Part shown: one piece after another, positions 1 through 7,696 of the stretch
Layout: each line of letters opens with the position of its first letter
How positions within the stretch are numbered: position 1 is the stretch's first letter
DNA from: an uncultured Candidatus Saccharibacteria bacterium
GTDB taxonomy: Bacteria > Patescibacteriota > Saccharimonadia > Saccharimonadales > AWTP1-31
Assembly (NCBI GenBank): GCA_964634445.1
Contig: CAZWJA010000003.1
Location: 24,019-88,018 of the forward strand
Direction of reading: 5' to 3'
Length of the DNA: 64,000 nt
Made by a program: the position numbers and the translations under genes
The notes under the pieces: generated by a model
Seen by the model: only the letters and a program-made list of their open reading frames with translations
Database searches by the model: none
Told to the model about the DNA's origin: nothing

Positions 1-97
1 TTACCTCGTCAATATGAGGAAAATCTTGTGCAGCATGAATAGGGGCTATGATTCTTTCACTCTCATTATAAATAGGGATAATAACTGCTGATTTCAT
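1..97 (-). CDS. Glycosyltransferase family 2, N-terminal fragment (gene runs off the window start)
   Basis: Not in the ORF track (too short). The reverse strand from ATG at 97..95 reads MKSAVIIPIYNESERIIAPIHAAQDFPHIDEV. The (V/I)IIPxYNE start is the classic GT2 N-terminal motif. Truncated by the window edge. Confidence 0.5.
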   Translation of the reverse strand, partial: MKSAVIIPIYNESERIIAPIHAAQDFPHIDEV

Positions 98-184
98 TGA
101 ATTTATTGTAACAGCTTACTCTTGCACTTTTAACATCTTATGTCTCAATATTATGTCGCACAATCAACATTCAGCGACGTACCC

Positions 185-260
185 TAACAGGGGTAGAGCC
201 ATTTATTTAGCGACATAAGGCTTTGTCAAGGGCTAGTGTTCTTTTCGCCTACCCCTGTTA
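185..260. repeat. Perfect 12-bp inverted repeat TAACAGGGGTAG (185-196) / CTACCCCTGTTA (249-260) with a 52-nt spacer
   Basis: Read directly from the sequence. It interleaves with a second inverted repeat, TTATGTCGC (151-159) / GCGACATAA (210-218). It lies just 3' of the minus-strand NTPase gene. Confidence 0.6.
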
Positions 261-287
261 AAAAGCATATTATACAATGTTGGTATT

Positions 288-1505
288 TCAGTAATCCAAA
301 TAGAAGTCACAATTGAAATGGCTGTCGTCATTATCACCAGGAAATCTTGAAATTGCCCACGGAATTGAAGGATGTCCCTTTACGCCCTGATTAGGATCAC
401 GAGTAATCAACTTAAAATCGTAACCTCCTCTGACGGGCTTATTCTCTCTATCAAGCAGTCCGCTATTGCCAACAATGGCCGACATTAGGGTATTAAAGTC
501 ACTCCCTCTAGCTACACGCCCTTGTTGTATGAACTGCTCAAAATAAGTCCTTCCGTCACCACTAGGTATTGGCACATATCTAGCCATCTCAAACATAATT
601 GTCATTCTAAAATCAGGGTCCAGACCTTCTTTTACTTGATTGGAGTAATTAAGGTCTGATTTCCTCAGAATCTGCTTCATCTTTCTCAAGGTCATGCCAG
701 GCTTAGCCAGCATTAACTCAAGAAATTGAATCATCTGTTGCTTAGCACCTTGTATTTCCAGATTATCTTTGTCGAATATCTCAGCTACAAACTTCGTTAG
801 ACCTATTCTCCTAGTTGCAAAATGCTCGATTATATCTAGACACTTCAGGTAGGAATCCTGATTTAGATTAAACATTTCATTTGCTATTGGTACTACGACT
901 TTGATTTTTGCTTCCGTGTGCTTTGACCGCAAATAATGTTTAAGGGTTTCTAGGAAGAAGATTCCAGCGTCCCCAGAACGATCAATGTCCTCTACGATTA
1001 TGACCACTTCTTTTTCTTTGCAATGTTTCTCAATTAACCCATCCAGCACCATCTGAACCTCGAAGGTTCTTCTTGCAGGAGTCGTTGAAAAGAAATGATT
1101 TAGACCCTTAACAGCACCCATGCCAGGGATAGAAGCTATAGTACCGACTAACGCTTGCTTATCATCATTCTGCTTACCATCTATCTTGCTCAGAGCTTCA
1201 TTAAACGCCTCCTGATCAATGTGTCGAGCAAATTCGAGTACGAAACCTTCCCATAGGTCCTTTCTTTCTGGGAACTTCCAAGCATCAAATTCAATCCATA
1301 GCGTGTCGCTTGATCTAGTCATATGTATTTGATGGAGCAACGTGCTTTTACCCGATCCGTATTCGCCCACCAACCCAATCATTGACCCACTTTTTGCACC
1401 TATAATCTTTTTATCAAAATCTTTAATCAGCCTACTTAAATCCAGAAGGTCCTCGATCTTGTGGCTTTCATCTAGTAGCTGGGGCTTTTTCACAAAAGAA
1501 ACCAT
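288..1505 (-). CDS. KAP-family-like P-loop NTPase (soluble; no transmembrane insert seen)
   Basis: Walker A is GLVGEYGSGKSTLL, followed by the KAP-typical FDAWKF...LWEGF motif. Walker B-like is VVIIVEDIDRSGD. The start is moved to the internal MVSFVKK (1505) because the 33 upstream codons look like a non-coding extension. Confidence 0.7.
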   Translation of the reverse strand: MVSFVKKPQLLDESHKIEDLLDLSRLIKDFDKKIIGAKSGSMIGLVGEYGSGKSTLLHQIHMTRSSDTLWIEFDAWKFPERKDLWEGFVLEFARHIDQEAFNEALSKIDGKQNDDKQALVGTIASIPGMGAVKGLNHFFSTTPARRTFEVQMVLDGLIEKHCKEKEVVIIVEDIDRSGDAGIFFLETLKHYLRSKHTEAKIKVVVPIANEMFNLNQDSYLKCLDIIEHFATRRIGLTKFVAEIFDKDNLEIQGAKQQMIQFLELMLAKPGMTLRKMKQILRKSDLNYSNQVKEGLDPDFRMTIMFEMARYVPIPSGDGRTYFEQFIQQGRVARGSDFNTLMSAIVGNSGLLDRENKPVRGGYDFKLITRDPNQGVKGHPSIPWAISRFPGDNDDSHFNCDFYLDY

Positions 1506-1767
1506 ACCTCGATTATACCTCCAAATTAACACCTTGGCCACAGGGATAGCACAAATACTCAACTCAAGCCTAGAACACGTCCAGAAAGCTCCTAAATGCT
1601 CCACAAAGGCATTAAATCTTGTTCACTAATCATGCATGAAATACCATAGGCTAGTGCGTATGAGAATTTTGTCCAGATTTTACACCCCTTAACGCCGTTT
1701 GCTTGAATAACTGCTGTACTTTCCGTACATCAAAATCTACAAAATCATCACAAAATGTAGCGATTTT

Positions 1768-2001
1768 CTATGGAAGTGCAAAGAAACTAAATACTACTTC
1801 ACTCTGCCTTTGTTTCGCCGCAGTCATCTTGTCTCTAAACACTTCATTATTACGCATGTAATAAAAGAAAGTTGTCCGACTTATACCAACCCAACGACAA
1901 GCCTCGGTGATTGTACTATTGTGCTGTATCGCATCCTCTAAACGTAGCATAGTAGTGTAGGTTACTTTAGGTGGTCTACCAACAGCTTTTTTGATTTCCA
2001 T
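1768..2001 (-). CDS. Small helix-turn-helix DNA-binding protein
   Basis: GRPPKVTYTTMLRLEDAIQHNSTITEACRWVGISRTTFFYYM is a resolvase/terminase-small-subunit-type HTH. The gene is divergent from recombinase 1. Confidence 0.6.
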   Translation of the reverse strand: MEIKKAVGRPPKVTYTTMLRLEDAIQHNSTITEACRWVGISRTTFFYYMRNNEVFRDKMTAAKQRQSEVVFSFFALP

Positions 2002-2061
2002 TTTTCTCCTTTGTTTTCGGCGTTGCCTCTCTTATCATTATCTCAAATGCATCATTTCTAC

Positions 2062-2090
2062 TTGACAATGCTTATGGTAAGGTGTATAAT
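2062..2090 (+). promoter_or_regulatory. Consensus sigma-70-type promoter (TTGACA, 17 nt spacer, TATAAT)
   Basis: TTGACA at 2062-2067, a 17-nt spacer, then TATAAT at 2085-2090, both matching consensus perfectly. It points toward 2223..4353. Confidence 0.5.
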
Positions 2091-2222
2091 TACTAACATA
2101 GAACTATGCCTCTAGGTGCTTAAAGCACAAACAACAATCGCTATTTTTTAGAGGCGAACAGCATTAAACCAATATAAACCCCTCGACCGTTCAGCGAGGT
2201 AAGTATAGTATTGGATTTTTTA

Positions 2223-2459
2223 ATGCTTACTCCTCAAACGACACAAGAGAGTGGTCAAGAACAAACACAAAACATCAACCCTGAGACACAACAAGATGCT
2301 AGTGATTACCACGCAATGGCATCAGTCGCAGAGCTACTGGTTACGCTTCGTAGCGATAACCAAAGCAACAAATACAAAACTGGGAAGAAACAATACACAA
2401 AAATGGATTTCATTGATAAGAAAACAGGAGAAGTCACCACGCAGCGAGTATTGTTTTAA
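2223..2459 (+). CDS. Hypothetical small Q/T-rich acidic protein
   Basis: This is the ORF-track frame 2211..2459, with the ATG at 2223 preferred. No recognisable domain. It competes with an overlapping alternative frame (2251..2469), so coding status is uncertain. Confidence 0.3.
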   Translation: MLTPQTTQESGQEQTQNINPETQQDASDYHAMASVAELLVTLRSDNQSNKYKTGKKQYTKMDFIDKKTGEVTTQRVLF

Positions 2460-2508
2460 TGTAGCCTAAACTTTCTCGAACTAATACATAGAGCTTATAA
2501 TTGTATCT

Positions 2509-4353
2509 ATGGACACTCTGAACACATCAAAGCAGTTATTCGACTTACTCAAAGAAGGGGTTGATCCTAAAGCTGGAGAAATTGACTATTCCGAACTGAA
2601 GTATGTAATTTATGCAAGAAAGTCTACTACTGGTGATGAAAGACAAGAACGTTCTATACCAGACCAGGTAAGGGATATTAAAGACAAAATTGTTGATGTT
2701 GACCAGATAGATGCCAATGGTGGCAAGTACCGATTAAATGTGAACAAGAAGGCTATCAAAGAGAAGTGTTCAGCTAAAGACCCTGGGATACGAGAGAAAT
2801 TTACCCAGCTCATTCAAGATGTTAAAGACGGTAAAGTAGACGGTATCATTGCATGGCATCCAGACAGATTGTCTCGAAACATGAAGGAGGCTGGTGAGAT
2901 TATCGACTTGCTCGATAAGGGCATCTTAAAAGACCTACGCTTTGCGACATCAACATTCGAAAATAGTCCAACTGGAAAGATGCTTCTCGGCATCTCTTTT
3001 GTCCTGTCCAAGCAATACTCTGAGCACCTTAGCGAGAGTGTAGCCAGAGGTAATCGCCGAAAGATTGAAGAAGGTGTCTTTATTGGCAAATTTAAGCATG
3101 GCTATCGTATGAACAAACAGAGTCAACTGTTTCCTGATGATAATAACTGGGTAATTATCAAAAAAGCATTCGATATGCGACTTAATGGCGAAACTCAACA
3201 GAACATAGCCGAATGGCTAAACACGACAGGTTATCAGGTATTTAAGCGTATAAAAGACGATGACAAAAACTCAGGATTCAAAAGAGCTGATTATACATGG
3301 GGTAAAGATACTGTGTCAGACCTCTTGAAAGACCCGATATACGCAGGGGTACTCAAGTATGGCGATAATCTGTGTAATTTAGAGGAGTTCTATGATTTCT
3401 CTCCTGTCATATCTGTTGAGAACTTCTTGAAAATTAACAAAGTAGACGACCTTAACTCCTCTAAACTAGTGTCATCCATTATGTCTAAAGACAAGCGAGA
3501 TACAAAAGCAAGTCTACTAAACGGAATGATACTTTGCGGGTTCTGCAATAAGGCTTTATCAGCTGGTCTAACATCAAAGGTACTTGCCAGTAAGGAGAAG
3601 ATACATTATTACAATTACAGATGCGAAACTGAGCATTGTGAGTTCAAAAACAAGAGTATCCGTGCAAATGTAATTCTTGATTACTCCTATGCTTTCCTCG
3701 GCGAACACCTATTTACAACTAAATCTAATTACGACAAATTCAAACTGGGTGCTAGGGATCAGGTTATGCAACGCAACAAAGAGATTAGAAGCCTGATTGG
3801 TTCAGCAAAGCAAGGTATTGGACGTAAACAGGAAGAGCTAGACAGTACGAAAGACTTAATTAGACACAATCCTGAACTAAAGGAAGATTACGACCTGAAA
3901 GAGATAAAGAGTGATTTAGAGGATATGAAGGCTGAACTTACGAAGCTAGAAGCTACACTAAAGACATCTAAGGACGCAATTTTGTCTTATGACGAATATC
4001 TCGAACTATTCAAACTCATATCTGTAGAATTGCCAAAATCACAGAATCAAGAGCTACTTGATGGAATACTTAGAATCTTCTTCTCGAACTACACAATTAA
4101 GCGTTACGGAACGGGCAAGCAACAGAGGTACGAAATCACCCATAAATTAAACGAACCCTGGAATGGGTTCGTTAACTCGAAAGATTTCGATCATGGTCGC
4201 AATACAGATACTGCTAACGAACCTGTACTGGACACATTATACAACCTGCTCCTGCACTACAAGTTACTTCTGTCAAAGCTGACCGACCTGAACCAGTTAG
4301 TAGCTGACTTAATCAAGCCAGAGCGAGCCGTTGAAACACAGTTTTTGCTATAA
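2509..4353 (+). CDS. Large serine recombinase 1
   Basis: Resolvase catalytic motifs YVIYARKSTTGDERQERSIPDQ and AWHPDRLSRN. A recombinase domain follows, then a Cys zinc ribbon (CGFCNKAL ... YRCETEHCEF) and a coiled-coil C-terminal region. Confidence 0.9.
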   Translation: MDTLNTSKQLFDLLKEGVDPKAGEIDYSELKYVIYARKSTTGDERQERSIPDQVRDIKDKIVDVDQIDANGGKYRLNVNKKAIKEKCSAKDPGIREKFTQLIQDVKDGKVDGIIAWHPDRLSRNMKEAGEIIDLLDKGILKDLRFATSTFENSPTGKMLLGISFVLSKQYSEHLSESVARGNRRKIEEGVFIGKFKHGYRMNKQSQLFPDDNNWVIIKKAFDMRLNGETQQNIAEWLNTTGYQVFKRIKDDDKNSGFKRADYTWGKDTVSDLLKDPIYAGVLKYGDNLCNLEEFYDFSPVISVENFLKINKVDDLNSSKLVSSIMSKDKRDTKASLLNGMILCGFCNKALSAGLTSKVLASKEKIHYYNYRCETEHCEFKNKSIRANVILDYSYAFLGEHLFTTKSNYDKFKLGARDQVMQRNKEIRSLIGSAKQGIGRKQEELDSTKDLIRHNPELKEDYDLKEIKSDLEDMKAELTKLEATLKTSKDAILSYDEYLELFKLISVELPKSQNQELLDGILRIFFSNYTIKRYGTGKQQRYEITHKLNEPWNGFVNSKDFDHGRNTDTANEPVLDTLYNLLLHYKLLLSKLTDLNQLVADLIKPERAVETQFLL

Positions 4354-4362
4354 TATAAGAGT

Positions 4363-4545
4363 ATGAGTGACGCAAGTGACAACCAACCACAAGACCAAGC
4401 TCCTGCTGAGCCTGTTAGCTTGCCACCGCAAACGTCACCACAGGACACATCTAACTGGGACGACAGACCATTTACCACACCTAGTGACCGAGTTGTTATA
4501 GAGACATTTCAAGGAAGCGACGACGAAGTTGTCGTAGCTGAATAA
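4363..4545 (+). CDS. Hypothetical small acidic P/Q-rich protein
   Basis: ORF only, no recognisable domain. It starts 10 nt after the recombinase 1 stop. Confidence 0.35.
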   Translation: MSDASDNQPQDQAPAEPVSLPPQTSPQDTSNWDDRPFTTPSDRVVIETFQGSDDEVVVAE

Positions 4546-4625
4546 CTAAACCTAAAACTTGCTGAACCTACCAGTAGCTACCAACTACCTACAATAATTA
4601 TAACTAATTAGTAGGAGTTACTTCT

Positions 4626-5039
4626 ATGAGTAAAACATTAGACGAAAAACAGCAGTTTATTGAACTGCGAGCCAAAGGTTACAGCTACCAGAAAATAGCT
4701 GATGATATTGGTGTAAGCAAACCAACCCTAATTGAGTGGTCAAAGGAAGAGCAAACGTCAAAGGACATACACAACCAACGAACGCTGTACCTAGACGAGT
4801 TACAAGAAAAGTATGCAATGACTAAACGTCATAGGATTGCCGTGTTTGGCGATGTACTGAACCGAGCAAAGGCAGAACTTGATAAGCGTGACTTGTCAGA
4901 AATGTCCACTGACAAGCTGGTAACAATGGTTATTAAGTTAAGTGACACGTTACGGCAGGACGAAACGGAGCTAGAACTACACGGAGACTATGAGCTACCT
5001 GCCTTTGGACTTGGTGAAATGACTAAGTGGAAGATTTAA
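4626..5039 (+). CDS. HTH DNA-binding protein with coiled-coil tail
   Basis: The N-terminal sequence LRAKGYSYQKIADDIGVSKPTLIEWSKE is a resolvase/IS-type HTH. An AGGAG ribosome-binding site lies upstream (4612-4616). Confidence 0.6.
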   Translation: MSKTLDEKQQFIELRAKGYSYQKIADDIGVSKPTLIEWSKEEQTSKDIHNQRTLYLDELQEKYAMTKRHRIAVFGDVLNRAKAELDKRDLSEMSTDKLVTMVIKLSDTLRQDETELELHGDYELPAFGLGEMTKWKI

Positions 5040-5126
5040 CGACCAAAAATTGACCGTTTTTTAACCGATAAGCCTTTTATTGGCTATCTGTTAGTTGTAT
5101 AATAATGTTATATAAAGTGAGATTGT

Positions 5127-5309
5127 ATGACCGACACTAAACAACCAGAATATTTAACCCTTACACAAGCCTGTGAACTGTTGCAGGTACACCCAAACAC
5201 CCTACGAAACTGGGACAAAAAAGGTGTACTGAAAGCCAACCGCATAGGCATACGTGGCATACGACGTTACAAGCGTGAAGACTTAATTAAGTTTATGGAG
5301 AAGAAGTGA
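5127..5309 (+). CDS. Excisionase/MerR-type HTH protein (possible recombination directionality factor)
   Basis: LTLTQACELLQVHPNTLRNWDKKGVLKANRIG...RRYKREDL matches the HTH_17/excisionase pattern. It is 60 aa long and is the first gene of the coupled operon. Confidence 0.65.
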   Translation: MTDTKQPEYLTLTQACELLQVHPNTLRNWDKKGVLKANRIGIRGIRRYKREDLIKFMEKK

Positions 5310-5863
5310 GCGAAGTTGTGACCGATAAAACCGAGACTGCACCGACAAAGGAAATGACCGCACAGGACGTGGTTGATGTTATTAAACTATGTGACGAAAA
5401 CGGTATAGAGGTCTACGTTGACGGTGGTTGGGGTGTGGACGCCTTACTTGGCGAACAAACACGAAAACACGGTGACCTAGATATTGCACTACCCCACATA
5501 CACGTACCAAAGTTAAGGGAGCTGCTTGAAGCAAAAGGCTATAAGGACGTCCCCCGTGACGACACAAGGGACTGCAATTTTGTGCTGGGTGATGATAAGG
5601 GACACGAGATTGATTTTCACTCATACACCTTTGACGAAAACGGTAAAAACGTGTTTGGAGTGGCTTACGAACCACGTCACTTAACAGGCACAGGGTCTAT
5701 AAATGGCTATGCCGTTAAGTGCATACCAGCAGACGTAATGGTTGAGTTTCATAGCGGTTATGAATTAGACCAAGATGACTATCACGATGTTAAAGCATTG
5801 TGTGACAGATTTGATATACCACTACCAGCAGAGTACGAAAAGTTTAAGACAGAGGGGGTGTAA
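5306..5863 (+). CDS. ANT(2'')-Ia-family (PF10706-like) nucleotidyltransferase
   Basis: VDGGWGVDALLGEQTRKHGDLDI closely parallels the ANT(2'')-Ia active-site stretch GGGWAIDARLGRVTRKHDDIDL, which I am recalling from memory. Size is about 185 aa. The GTG start overlaps the upstream stop (GTGA). Confidence 0.75.
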   Translation: MSEVVTDKTETAPTKEMTAQDVVDVIKLCDENGIEVYVDGGWGVDALLGEQTRKHGDLDIALPHIHVPKLRELLEAKGYKDVPRDDTRDCNFVLGDDKGHEIDFHSYTFDENGKNVFGVAYEPRHLTGTGSINGYAVKCIPADVMVEFHSGYELDQDDYHDVKALCDRFDIPLPAEYEKFKTEGV

Positions 5864-6519
5864 TGCCACCAGGAGTACGACCAGACTTTAAGTACGACAG
5901 CTCTAAGCTGGTATTAACGTGCAGAAATTGCCATAACAAGGTACTTGCAGTTGCCCTAACTGACGTACCAGAAGTGAAATATGGCGACACCGAAGTGTGG
6001 CTGATAGCTAAATGTCCGCAATGTAGCGAAAAGGTATTTGTTATATTTGACACCTTGAACCACTACGTCAGCAGGACTTTTCCTTTTGGCTACATCACAG
6101 CCTCTGATTACAGTGATGATATACCAGAAAACATACGCACCGACCTAGCAGAAGCCGAGTTGTGTAGGCGAGCACAGGCATATCGGGCGTCAGTTGTCTT
6201 ATATAGACGAGTAGTTGAAAGTGTCGCCAAAAAGGAGCTTGGTCAAAAGAAGATAACTGATAATAAAGCAGATAACCTCAAAAAGAAAATCACACTGATG
6301 TTTAGCGAGGGGCTGATTACAAAGCCAATAGAGCAACAGGCTCAGGAAATAAGAGAGTTTGGCAACTACGGTGCTCACCCAGCAGATGACGGGCTTGACC
6401 TTGATATTGGTAGAGAAGACGTTGAACTAATTGACGACCTAGTATGGGACATAATTCGTACTATTTACATACAGTCAGCCAATCACAAGAAACTAAAAGC
6501 TAAGCGGACAGGAGAATAA
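5863..6519 (+). CDS. Zinc-ribbon plus DUF4145-like domain protein
   Basis: The N-terminal region has CRNC...CPQC (a 4-Cys ribbon). The C-terminal helical region, AYRASVVLYRRVVESVAKK ... REFGNYGAHPADD, matches the DUF4145 pattern. The start overlaps the upstream stop (TAATG). Confidence 0.6.
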   Translation: MPPGVRPDFKYDSSKLVLTCRNCHNKVLAVALTDVPEVKYGDTEVWLIAKCPQCSEKVFVIFDTLNHYVSRTFPFGYITASDYSDDIPENIRTDLAEAELCRRAQAYRASVVLYRRVVESVAKKELGQKKITDNKADNLKKKITLMFSEGLITKPIEQQAQEIREFGNYGAHPADDGLDLDIGREDVELIDDLVWDIIRTIYIQSANHKKLKAKRTGE

Positions 6520-6521
6520 TT

Positions 6522-7256
6522 ATGAAAACAATTCTTATAACTGGTGCTACGAGAGGCATAGGACGGGCTATTACCGACAAGCTATTGTCAGAGGGTCACA
6601 CGATTTACGGTGTTCATAAGGAAAGCAGCTCTCAAGCTGACGAAATGACCTCTAAACACGGTGACAAGTTTAAGTCTATACGAGCAGACCTTGCCAAACC
6701 AGATGACACAAAACAGCTACTAGAACAGCTTAAAGACGTACAGCTAGACGGCATTGTAAACAACGCTGGCATTGTGTACTTAACAAAATGGGACGAGTTG
6801 AACTTTGACGAGTGGGACGAAACACTAGCCGTTAACCTAACTGCTCCTCTTAAATTAGTACACGGATTACGTAACAACTTAAAAGACGGCTCAACGGTAG
6901 TAAATATAGCTTCTGTGGACGGATTTTGTGCTGCATTTGACACTGTTGCCTATGCAGCAAGCAAGGCTGGACTTATTAGTCTAACAAAATCACTTGCTGC
7001 AATTTTAGGCTCACGTAACATACGGGTAAATGCTGTTGCACCAGGCTGGGTTGAGACCGAAATGACAGCCGATACTATGCCTGATGAAAGCAAAGAGCTT
7101 ACACCGTTAAAGCGTAATGCTAAGCCCGAAGAAGTGGCGAGCGTAGTTAGTTTTCTGATGTCAGACCAAGCCAGTTTTGTTAGTGGTACAACCCTAACTG
7201 TTGACGGTGGTTTAACTACCGTTGACTACACGCTATACAAGGAAGCAAACCGATGA
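6522..7256 (+). CDS. Short-chain dehydrogenase/reductase (classical SDR, FabG-like)
   Basis: Contains TGATRGIGRAI (TGxxxGxG), NNAG, the catalytic YAASKAG (YxxxK) and the PGWVETEM motif. Confidence 0.9.
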   Translation: MKTILITGATRGIGRAITDKLLSEGHTIYGVHKESSSQADEMTSKHGDKFKSIRADLAKPDDTKQLLEQLKDVQLDGIVNNAGIVYLTKWDELNFDEWDETLAVNLTAPLKLVHGLRNNLKDGSTVVNIASVDGFCAAFDTVAYAASKAGLISLTKSLAAILGSRNIRVNAVAPGWVETEMTADTMPDESKELTPLKRNAKPEEVASVVSFLMSDQASFVSGTTLTVDGGLTTVDYTLYKEANR

Positions 7257-7696
7257 AAATCTTTGTAGCAGCGTCCTACTCGTCACAAGTTAATTATGAA
7301 ACTGGTGAGGTTTTTCCAGAATACAAGGAGTGGCTGGAAAGTACACTGGGAGTGATAGAAGCTCTTGGTCATACAGTCTTTTGTGCATTACGAGCAGACC
7401 AGTACAAAATCAACGACGCTGACCCAGCAGAAGCATTTAGCCTTGATATGGAACATATAGAGCAAAGTGACGTTTTACTGGCGTTGTTAAGCGATAAACC
7501 CTCTGCTGGTGTTCAGACCGAAATTGGGGTGGCGGTGGCACTCAAAAAGCAAGTACTGTTAGCCCATTTACCAGAACACGAACTTGCATACTTTAATGCT
7601 GCAATGGCAAAAGCAGGTGTTATAACCGAGCTTGAACTACCACTTACAGCAGAGGGAATTGGCAAAGTACTAAATGCCAGACAAGAAGCCTCGTAA
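7253..7696 (+). CDS. Nucleoside 2-deoxyribosyltransferase-fold protein (NDT-like), copy 1
   Basis: It opens with MKIFVAASY in the N-terminal strand and has SDVLLALL ... SAGVQTEIGVAVALKKQVLLA, the S.G...E.G.A.ALkK.v pattern of the NDT family. The ATGA overlaps the SDR stop. A paralog lies at 37464..37874. Confidence 0.55.
   Translation: MKIFVAASYSSQVNYETGEVFPEYKEWLESTLGVIEALGHTVFCALRADQYKINDADPAEAFSLDMEHIEQSDVLLALLSDKPSAGVQTEIGVAVALKKQVLLAHLPEHELAYFNAAMAKAGVITELELPLTAEGIGKVLNARQEAS

Noticed and set aside
4195-4260. Possible degenerate tRNA 3' remnant after the conserved GR of recombinase 1. It shares GGTCG and CGAACCT with the antisense tRNA-Pro sequence at the equivalent place in recombinase 2.
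   Set aside because: The shared strings are short and at different spacing (21 vs 13 nt), and no acceptor or T-arm pairing can be drawn. This is insufficient to call an att or tRNA relic.
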